A DNA stretch of 29,218 nucleotides, from positions 1 to 29,218 of the forward strand of contig NEEC01000283.1 of assembly GCA_002189035.1 (NCBI GenBank), given 5' to 3'. The notes beneath the pieces are model-generated. The model was given only the letters and a program-made list of their open reading frames with translations, was not told the origin of the DNA and ran no database searches. The translations under genes were made by a program, and so were the position numbers. This document shows, one piece after another, positions 1-10,581 of this stretch. Every line of letters begins with the position of its first letter. Positions within the stretch are counted from its first letter, which is position 1. Source of the stretch: Utricularia gibba (Eukaryota > Plantae > Magnoliophyta).

Positions 1-127
1 AGCTGCCGAAAACCCAACGTTAATAAATGGATCACTTTTTTTGCCGGGCTACAAATGACTATGGGCCGAGCCGACCCGACCTCCGGCCCGATCCTGGTGC
101 CCCTCGAGAGCGCCTCCTCAAATATAA

Positions 128-283
128 AAGCTTGTGGTTGAGAAAACCATTTGGGGTGCTCATGACATCCTAACTTCAATAAATGCATCACGATTTTCGT
201 CGAATAGGACCGATTGGGCTCAGGAGTCGAACAGAACCTTGGGTCCGGACGAACTTCCAAGAAAGCACCCACCCAAAAACGAC
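128..283 (+). repeat. Subunit A of the monomer (~156-159 bp, begins at the first AAGCTT)
   Basis: Starts AAGCTTGTGG(T/A)TGAGAAAACCAT. Aligns by eye to subunit B with 45/64 identical columns over the first 64 positions (consensus to consensus, one gap). Confidence 0.9.
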
Positions 284-436
284 AAGCTTTTCCTTCAGAA
301 ACATGTAGGCAGCTGCCGAAAACCCAACGTTAATAAATGGATCACTTTTTTTGCCGGGCTACAAATGACTATGGGCCCGAGCCGACCCGACCTCCGCCGA
401 TCCTGGTGCCCCTCGAGAGCGCCTCCTCAAATATAA
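284..436 (+). repeat. Subunit B of the monomer (~153-156 bp, begins at the second AAGCTT)
   Basis: Starts AAGCTTTTCCTTCAGAAA(C)CAT. CCCAACGTTAATAAATGGATCAC matches subunit A CCTAACTTCAATAAATGCATCAC at the same offset from the HindIII site. Confidence 0.9.
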
Positions 437-3400
437 AAGCTTGTGGATGAGAAAACCATTTGGGGTGCTCATGACATCCTAACTTCAATAAATGCATCAC
501 GATTTTCGTCGAATAGGACCCGATTGGGCTCAGGAGTCGAACCGAACCTTGGGTCCGGACGAACTTCCCAATGAAAGCACCCAACCAAAAAACGACAAGC
601 TTTTCCTTCAGAAACCATGTAGGCAGCTGCCGAAAACCAACGTTAATAAATGGATCACTTTTTTTGCCGGGCTACAAATGACTATGGCCCGAGCGACCCG
701 ACCTCCGGCCCGATCCTGGTGCCCCTCGAGAGCGCCTCCTCAAATATAAAGCTTGTGGTTGAGAAAACCATTTGGGGTGCTCATGACATCCTAACTTCAA
801 TAAATGCATCACGATTTTCGTCGAATAGGACCCGATTGGGCTCAGGAGTCGAACAGAACCTTGGGTCCGGAAACTTCCCAACGAAAGCACCCACCCAAAA
901 ACGACAAGCTTTTCCTTCAGAAACATGTAGGCAGCTGCCGAAAACCCAACGTTAATAAATGGATCACTTTTTTTGCCGGGCTACAAATGACTATGGGCCC
1001 GAGCCCGACCCGACTCCGGCCCGATCCTGGTGCCCTCGAGAGCGCCTCCTCAAATATAAAGCTTGTGGATGAGAAAACCATTTGGGGTGCTCATGACATC
1101 CTAACTTCAATAAATGCATCACGATTTTCGTCGAATAGGACCCGATTGGGCTCAGGAGTCGAACCGAACCTTGGGTCCGGATGAACTTCCCAATGAAAGC
1201 ACCCACCCAAAAACGACAAGCTTTTCCTTCAGAAACCATGTAGGCAGCTGCCGAAAACCCAACGTTAATAAATGGATCACTTTTTTTGCCGGGCTACAAA
1301 TGACTATGGGCCCGAGCCCGACCCGACCTCCGCCCGATCCTGGTGCCCCTCGAGAGCGCCTCCTCAAATATAAAGCTTGTGGATGAGAAAACCATTTGGG
1401 GTGCTCATGACATCCTAACTTCAATAAATGCATCACGATTTTCGTCGAATAGGACCCGATTGGGCTCAGGAGTCGAACCGAACCTTGGGTCCGGACGAAG
1501 TTCCCAATGAAAGCACCCAACCAAAAACGACAAGCTTTTCCTTCAGAAACCATGTAGGCAGCTGCCGAAAACCCAACGTTAATAAATGGATCACTTTTTT
1601 TGCCGGGCTACAAATGACTATGGGCCCGAGCCGACCCGACCTCCGGCCCGATCCTGGTGCCCCTCGAGAGCGCCTCCTCAAATATAAAGCTGTGGTTGAG
1701 AAAACCATTTGGGGTGCTCATGACATCCTAACTTCAATAAATGCATCACGATTTTCGTCGAATAGGACCCGATTGGGCTCAGGAGTCGAACGAACCTTGG
1801 GTCCGGACGAACTTCCCAACGAAAGCACCCACCAAAAACGACAAGCTTTTCCTTCAGAAACCATGTAGGCAGCTGCCGAAAACCCAACGTTAATAAATGG
1901 ATCACTTTTTTTCCGGGCTACAAATGACTATGGGCCCGAGCCGACCCGACCTCCGGCCCGATCCTGGTGCCCCTCGAGAGCGCCTCCTCAAATATAAAGC
2001 TTGTGGATGAGAAAACCATTTGGGGTGCTCATGACATCCTAACTTCAATAAATGCATCACGATTTTCGTCGAATAGGACCCGATTGGGCTCAGGAGTCGA
2101 ACAGAACCTTGGGTCCGGACGAACTTCCCAAGAAAGCACCCACCCAAAAACGACAAGCTTTTCCTTCAGAAACCATGTAGGCAGCTGCCGAAAACCCAAC
2201 GTTAATAAATGGATCACTTTTTTTTTTTGCCGGGCTACAAATGACTATGGCCCGAGCCCGACCCGACCTCCGGCCCGATCCTGGTGCCCCTCGAGAGCGC
2301 CTCCTCAAATATAAAGCTTGTGGATGAGAAAACCATTTGGGGTGCTCATGACATCCTAACTTCAATAAATGCATCACGATTTTCGTCGAATAGGACCCGA
2401 TTGGGCTCAGGAGTCGAACAGAACCTTGGGTCCGGATGAACTTCCCAACGAAAGCACCCACCCAAAAACGACAAGCTTTTCCTTCAGAAACAATGTAGGC
2501 AGCTGCCGAAAACCAACGTTAATAAATGGATCACTTTTTTTCCGGGCTACAAATGACTATGGGCCCGAGCCCGACCACCTCGGCCCGATCCTGGTGCCCC
2601 TCGAGAGCGCCTCCTCAAATATAAAGCTTGTGGATGAGAAAACCATTTGGGGTGCTCATGACATCCTAACTTCAATAAATGCATCACGATTTTCGTCGAA
2701 TAGGACCCGATTGGGCTCAGGAGTCGAACCGAACCTTGGGTCCGGACGAACTTCCCAAGAAAGCACCCAACCAAAAACGACAAGCTTTTCCTTCAGAAAC
2801 CATGTAGGCAGCTGCCGAAAACCCAACGTTAATAAATGGATCACTTTTTTTGCCGGGCTACAAATGACTATGGGCCCGAGACCCGACCTCCGGCCCGATC
2901 CTGGTGCCCCTCGAGAGCGCCTCCTCAAATATAAAGCTTGTGGTTGAGAAAACCATTTGGGGTGCTCATGACATCCTAACTTCAATAAATGCATCACGAT
3001 TTTCGTCGAATAGGACCCGATTGGGCTCAGGAGTCGAACGAACCTTGGGTCCGGATGAACTTCCCAACGAAAGCACCCACCCAAAAACGACAAGCTTTTC
3101 CTTCAGAAAAATGTAGGCAGCTGCCGAAACCCAACGTTAATAAATGGATCACTTTTTTTTTGCCGGCTACAAATGACTATGGGCCCGAGCCCGACCCGAC
3201 CTCCGCCCGATCCTGGTGCCCTCGAGAGCGCCTCCTCAAATATAAAGCTTGTGGATGAGAAAACCATTTGGGGTGCTCATGACATCCTAACTTCAATAAA
3301 TGCATCACGATTTTCGTCGAATAGGACCCGATTGGGCTCAGGAGTCGAACCGAACCTTGGGTCCGGACGAACTCCCAACGAAAGCACCCACCCAAAAACG

Positions 3401-6400
3401 ACAAGCTTTTCCTTCAGAAACATGTAGGCAGCTGCCGAAAACCCAACGTTAATAAATGGATCACTTTTTTTTGCCGGGCTACAAATGACTATGGGCCCGA
3501 GACCCGACCTCCGGCCCGATCCTGGTGCCCTCGAGAGCGCCTCCTCAAATAAAAAGCTTGTGGTTGAGAAAACCATTTGGGGTGCTCATGACATCCTAAC
3601 TTCAATAAATGCATCACGATTTTCGTCGAATAGGACCCGATTGGGCTCAGGAGTCGAACCGAACCTTGGGTCCGGACGAACTTCCCAACGAAAGCACCCA
3701 CCCAAAAACGACAAGCTTTTCCTTCAGAAAATGTAGGCAGCTGCCGAAAACCCAACGTTAATAAATGGATCACTTTTTTTGCCGGGCTACAAATGACTAT
3801 GGGCCGAGCCCGACCCGACCTCCGGCCCGATCCTGGTGCCCCTCGAGAGCGCCTCCTCAAATATAAAGCTTGTGGATGAGAAAACCATTTGGGGTGCTCA
3901 TGACATCCTAACTTCAATAAATGCATCACGATTTTCGTCGAATAGGACCCGATTGGGCTCAGGAGTCGAACCGAACCTTGGGTCCGGACGAACTTCCCAA
4001 GAAAGCACCCAACCAAAAACGACAAGCTTTTCCTTCAGAAACCATGTAGGCAGCTGCCGAAAACCCAACGTTAATAAATGGATCACTTTTTTTGCCGGGC
4101 TACAAATGACTATGGGCCCGAGACCCGACCTCCGGCCCGATCCTGGTGCCCCTCGAGAGCGCCTCCTCAAATATAAAGCTGTGGTTGAGAAAACCATTTG
4201 GGGTGCTCATGACATCCTAACTTCAATAAATGCATCACGATTTTCGTCGAATAGGACCCGATTGGGCTCAGGAGTCGAACCGAACCTTGGGTCCGGATGA
4301 ACTTCCCAACGAAAGCACCCACCCAAAAACGACAAGCTTTTCCTTCAGAAACATGTAGGCAGCTGCCGAAAACCCAACGTTAATAAATGGATCACTTTTT
4401 TTGCCGGGCTACAAATGACTATGGGCCCGAGCCCGACCCGACCTCCGGCCCGATCCTGGTGCCCTCGAGAGCGCCCCTCAAATAAAAAGCTTGTGGATGA
4501 GAAAACCATTTGGGGTGCTCATGACATCCTAACTTCAATAAATGCATCACGATTTTCGTCGAATAGGACCCGATTGGGCTCAGGAGTCGAACGAACCTTG
4601 GGTCCGGACGAACTTCCCAAGAAAGCACCCCAACCCAAAAACGACAAGCTTTTCCTTCAGAAACCATGTAGGCAGCTGCCGAAAACCCAACGTTAATAAA
4701 TGGATCACTTTTTTTGCCGGGCTACAAATGACTATGGGCCCGAGCCCGACCCGACCTCCGGCCGATCCTGGTGCCCTCGAGAGCGCCTCCTCAAATATAA
4801 AGCTTGTGGATGAGAAAACCATTTGGGGTGCTCATGACATCCTAACTTCAATAAATGCATCACGATTTTCGTCGAATAGGACCGATTGGGCTCAGGAGTC
4901 GAACCGAACCTTGGGTCCGGACGAACTTCCCAACGAAAGCACCCACCAAAAACGACAAGCTTTTCCTTCAGAAACCATGTAGGCAGCTGCCGAAAACCCA
5001 ACGTTAATAAATGGATCACTTTTTTTGCCGGGCTACAAATGACTATGGGCCGAGCCCGACCCGACCTCCGGCCCGATCCTGGTGCCCCTCGAGAGCGCCT
5101 CCTCAAATAAAAAGCTGTGGTTGAGAAAACCATTTGGGGTGCTCATGACATCCTAACTTCAATAAATGCATCACGATTTTCGTCGAATAGGACCCGATTG
5201 GGCTCAGGAGTCGAACAGAACCTTGGGTCCGGACGAACTTCCCAACGAAAGCACCCACCCAAAAACGACAAGCTTTTCCTTCAGAAACATGTAGGCAGCT
5301 GCCGAAAACCCAACGTTAATAAATGGATCACTTTTTTTGCCGGGCTACAAATGACTATGGGCCCGAGCCCGACCCGACCTCCGGCCCGATCCTGGTGCCC
5401 TCGAGAGCGCCTCCTCAAATAAAAGCTGTGGATGAGAAAACCATTTGGGGTGCTCATGACATCCTAACTTCAATAAATGCATCACGATTTTCGTCGAATA
5501 GGACCGATTGGGCTCAGGAGTCGAACAGAACCTTGGGTCCGGATGAACTTCCCAACGAAAGCACCCACCAAAAAACGACAAGCTTTTCCTTCAGAAAATG
5601 TAGGCAGCTGCCGAAAACCAACGTTAATAAATGGATCACTTTTTTTGCCGGGCTACAAATGACTATGGGCCGAGCCCGACCCGACCTCCGGCCCGATCCT
5701 GGTGCCCTCGAGAGCGCCTCCTCAAATATAAAGCTTGTGGATGAGAAAACCATTTGGGGTGCTCATGACATCCTAACTTCAATAAATGCATCACGATTTT
5801 CGTCGAATAGGACCCGATTGGGCTCAGGAGTCGAACCGAACCTTGGGTCCGGACGAACTTCCAATGAAAGCACCCAACCAAAAACGACAAGCTTTTCCTT
5901 CAGAAACCATGTAGGCAGCTGCCGAAAACCCAACGTTAATAAATGGATCACTTTTTTTGCCGGGCTACAAATGACTATGGGCCCGAGCGACCCGACCTCC
6001 GGCCCGATCCTGGTGCCCCTCGAGAGCGCCTCCTCAAATAAAAGCTGTGGTTGAGAAAACCATTTGGGGTGCTCATGACATCCTAACTTCAATAAATGCA
6101 TCACGATTTTCGTCGAATAGGACCCGATTGGGCTCAGGAGTCGAACAGAACCTTGGGTCCGGATGAACTTCCCAACGAAAGCACCCACCAAAAACGACAA
6201 GCTTTTCCTTCAGAAAAATGTAGGCAGCTGCCGAAAACCCAACGTTAATAAATGGATCACTTTTTTTGCCGGGCTACAAATGACTATGGGCCCGAGCCCG
6301 ACCGACCTCCGCCCGATCCTGGTGCCCCTCGAGAGCGCCTCCTCAAATATAAAGCTTGTGGATGAGAAAACCATTTGGGGTGCTCATGACATCCTAACTT

Positions 6401-9400
6401 CAATAAATGCATCACGATTTTCGTCGAATAGGACCGATTGGGCTCAGGAGTCGAACCGAACCTTGGGTCCGGACGAACTTCCCAACGAAAGCACCCACCA
6501 AAAACGACAAGCTTTTCCTTCAGAAACCATGTAGGCAGCTGCCGAAAACCCAACGTTAATAAATGGATCACTTTTTTGCCGGGCTACAAATGACTATGGG
6601 CCCGAGGACCCGACCTCCGGCCCGATCCTGGTGCCCCTCGAGAGCGCCTCCTCAAATAAAAGCTGTGGTTGAGAAAACCATTTGGGGTGCTCATGACATC
6701 CTAACTTCAATAAATGCATCACGATTTTCGTCGAATAGGACCCGATTGGGCTCAGGAGTCGAACAGAACCTTGGGTCCGGATGAACTTCCCAACGAAAGC
6801 ACCCACCAAAAACGACAAGCTTTTCCTTCAGAAAATGTAGGCAGCTGCCGAAAACCCAACGTAATAAATGGATCACTTTTTTTGCCGGGCTACAAATGAC
6901 TATGGGCCCGAGCCGACCCGACCTCCGGCCCGATCCTGGTGCCCCTCGAGAGCGCCTCCTCAAATAAAAAGCTTGTGGATGAGAAAACCATTTGGGGTGC
7001 TCATGACATCCTAACTTCAATAAATGCATCACGATTTTCGTCGAATAGGACCCGATTGGGCTCAGGAGTCGAACCGAACCTTGGGTCCGGATGAACTTCC
7101 AACGAAAGCACCCACCAAAAACGACAAGCTTTTCCTTCAGAAACCATGTAGGCAGCTGCCGAAAACCCAACGTTAATAAATGGATCACTTTTTTTGCCGG
7201 GCTACAAATGACTATGGGCCCGAGCCGACCCGACCTCCGGCCCGATCCTGGTGCCCCTCGAGAGCGCCTCCTCAAATATAAAGCTTGTGGATGAGAAAAC
7301 CATTTGGGGTGCTCATGACATCCTAACTTCAATAAATGCATCACGATTTTCGTCGAATAGGACCCGATTGGGCTCAGGAGTCGAACCGAACCTTGGGTCC
7401 GGATGAACTTCCCAATGAAAGCACCCACCCAAAAACGACAAGCTTTTCCTTCAGAAACCATGTAGGCAGCTGCCGAAAACCCAACGTTAATAAATGGATC
7501 ACTTTTTTTGCCGGGCTACAAATGACTATGGGCCCGAGCCGACCCGACCTCCGGCCCGATCCTGGTGCCCCTCGAGAGCGCCTCCTCAAATATAAAGCTT
7601 GTGGATGAGAAAACCATTTGGGGTGCTCATGACATCCTAACTTCAATAAATGCATCACGATTTTCGTCGAATAGGACCCGATTGGGCTCAGGAGTCGAAC
7701 CGAACCTTGGGTCCGGACGAACTTCCCAACGAAAGCACCCCAAAAACGACAAGCTTTTCCTTCAGAAACATGTAGGCAGCTGCCGAAAACCCAACGTTAA
7801 TAAATGGATCACTTTTTTTGCCGGGCTACAAATGACTATGGGCCCGAGCCCGACCGACCTCCGGCCCGATCCTGGTGCCCCTCGAGAGCGCCTCCTCAAA
7901 TAAAAGCATGTGGTTGAGAAAACCATTTGGGGTGCTCATGACATCCTAACTTCAATGCATCGATTTTCGTCGAATAGGACCCGATTGGGCTCAGGAGTCG
8001 AACCGAACCTTGGGTCCGGACGAACTTCCCAACGAAAGCACCCACCAAAAACGACAAGCTTTTCCTTCAGAAACCATGTAGGCAGCTGCCGAAAACCCAA
8101 CGTTAATAAATGGATCACTTTTTTTGCCGGGCTACAAATGACTATGGGCCCGAGCCCGACCCGACCTCCGGCCCGATCCTGGTGCCCCTCGAGAGCGCCT
8201 CCTCAAATATAAAGCTTGTGGATGAGAAAACCATTTGGGGTGCTCATGACATCCTAACTTCAATAAATGCATCACGATTTTCGTCGAATAGGACCCGATT
8301 GGGCTCAGGAGTCGAACCGAACCTTGGGTCCGGACGAACTTCCCAATGAAAGCACCAACCAAAAAACGACAAGCTTTTCCTTCAGAAACCATGTAGGCAG
8401 CTGCCGAAAACCCAACGTTAATAAATGGATCACTTTTTTGCCGGGCTACAAATGACTATGGGCCCGAGCCGACCACCTCGGCCCGATCCTGGTGCCCCTC
8501 GAGAGCGCCTCCTCAAATAAAAAGCTTGTGGATGAGAAAACCATTTGGGGTGCTCATGACATCCTAACTTCAATAAATGCATCACGATTTTCGTCGAATA
8601 GGACCCGATTGGGCTCAGGAGTCGAACAAACCTTGGGTCCGGATGAACTTCCCAACGAAAGCACCCACCCAAAAACGACAAGCTTTTCCTTCAGAAACCA
8701 TGTAGGCAGCTGCCGAAAACCCAACGTTAATAAATGGATCACTTTTTTTGCCGGGCTACAAATGACTATGGGCCCGAGCCCGACCGACCTCCGGCCCGAT
8801 CCTGGTGCCCCTCGAGAGCGCCTCCTCAAATAAAAAGCTGTGGATGAGAAAACCATTTGGGGTGCTCATGACATCCTAACTTCAATAAATGCATCACGAT
8901 TTTCGTCGAATAGGACCCGATTGGGCTCAGGAGTCGAACAGAACCTTGGGTCCGGATGAACTTCCCAACGAAAGCACCCAACCAAAAACGACAAGCTTTT
9001 CCTTCAGAAACCATGTAGGCAGCTGCCGAAAACCCAACGTTAATAAATGGATCACTTTTTTTCCGGGCTACAAATGACTATGGGCCCGAGCCGACCCGAC
9101 CTCCGGCCCGATCCTGGTGCCCTCGAGAGCGCCTCCTCAAATATAAAGCTTGTGGATGAGAAAACCATTTGGGGTGCTCATGACATCCTAACTTCAATAA
9201 ATGCATCACGATTTTCGTCGAATAGGACCCGATTGGGCTCAGGAGTCGAACAAACCTTGGGTCCGGATGAACTTCCCAACGAAAGCACCACCCAAAAACG
9301 ACAAGCTTTTCCTTCAGAAACCATGTAGGCAGCTGCCGAAAACCCAACGTTAATAAATGGATCACTTTTTTTCCGGGCTACAAATGACTATGGGCCGAGC

Positions 9401-10268
9401 CGACCCGACCTCCGGCCCGATCCTGGTGCCCTCGAGAGCGCCTCCTCAAATAAAAAGCTGTGGTTGAGAAAACCATTTGGGGTGCTCATGACATCCTAAC
9501 TTCAATAAATGCATCACGATTTTCGTCGAATAGGACCCGATTGGGCTCAGGAGTCGAACAGAACCTTGGGTCCGGATGAACTTCCCAATGAAAGCACCCA
9601 CCAAAAACGACAAGCTTTTCCTTCAGAAACAATGTAGGCAGCTGCCGAAAACCCAACGTTAATAAATGGATCACTTTTTTTGCCGGGCTACAAATGACTA
9701 TGGGCCCGAGCCCGACCCGACCTCCGGCCCGATCCTGGTGCCCCTCGAGAGCGCCTCCTCAAATATAAAGCTTGTGGATGAGAAAACCATTTGGGGTGCT
9801 CATGACATCCTAACTTCAATAAATGCATCACGATTTTCGTCGAATAGGACCCGATTGGGCTCAGGAGTCGAACCGAACCTTGGGTCCGGACGAACTTCCC
9901 AATGAAAGCACCCACCAAAAACGACAAGCTTTTCCTTCAGAAACCATGTAGGCAGCTGCCGAAACCCAACGTTAATAAATGGATCACTTTTTTTTCCCGG
10001 GCTACAAATGACTATGGGCCCGAGCCCGACCCGACCTCCGGCCCGATCCTGGTGCCCCTCGAGAGCGCCTCCTCAAATATAAAGCTTGTGGATGAGAAAA
10101 CCATTTGGGGTGCTCATGACATCCTAACTTCAATAAATGCATCACGATTTTCGTCGAATAGGACCCGATTGGGCTCAGGAGTCGAACCGAACCTTGGGTC
10201 CGGATGAACTTCCCAACGAAAGCACCCACCCAAAAACGACAAGCTTTTCCTTCAGAAACAATGTAGGC

Positions 10269-10581
10269 AGCTGCCGAAAACCCAACGTTAATAAATGGAT
10301 CACTTTTTTTGCCGGGCTACAAATGACTATGGGCCCGAGCCGACCCGACCTCCGGCCCGATCCTGGTGCCCCTCGAGAGCGCCTCCTCAAATATAAAGCT
10401 TGTGGATGAGAAAACCATTTGGGGTGCTCATGACATCCTAACTTCAATAAATGCATCACGATTTTCGTCGAATAGGACCCGATTGGGCTCAGGAGTCGAA
10501 CCGAACCTTGGGTCCGGACGAACTTCCAATGAAAGCACCCAACCAAAAACGACAAGCTTTTCCTTCAGAAACCATGTAGGC
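10269..10581 (+). repeat. Representative near-full-length monomer (313 bp)
   Basis: Runs from AGCTGCCGAAAACCC at 10269 to the base before the next copy at 10582. The flanking units measure 315 bp (9954-10268) and 314 bp (10582-10895). Confidence 0.95.

Noticed and set aside
166-177. Telomere-like word (CCTAAC, minus strand GTTAGGA)
   Set aside because: It is a single imperfect hexamer per monomer, with no tandem TTAGGG or TTTAGGG tract.
22-183. AATAAA polyadenylation signals (two per monomer) and TATAAA TATA-like box
   Set aside because: These are short AT-rich words inside a satellite with no associated gene. TATAAA is also absent from a large share of monomers (AAATAAAA allele).
1-624. 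5S rDNA or tRNA gene tandem array (similar unit size)
   Set aside because: Neither strand resembles the 120-nt 5S rRNA. A tRNA fold around the B-box fails: the spacing is ~5-8 nt short, the T-stem is mismatched and there is no 7-nt anticodon loop. Only the B-box motif is retained, as a finding.
1813-1825. CENP-B-box-like motif (minus strand TTTCGTTGGGAA vs YTTCGTTGGAARCGGGA)
   Set aside because: Only the 5' half matches. The essential CGGG is absent (GTTC follows) and the conserved A is displaced, so it is not a functional CENP-B box.
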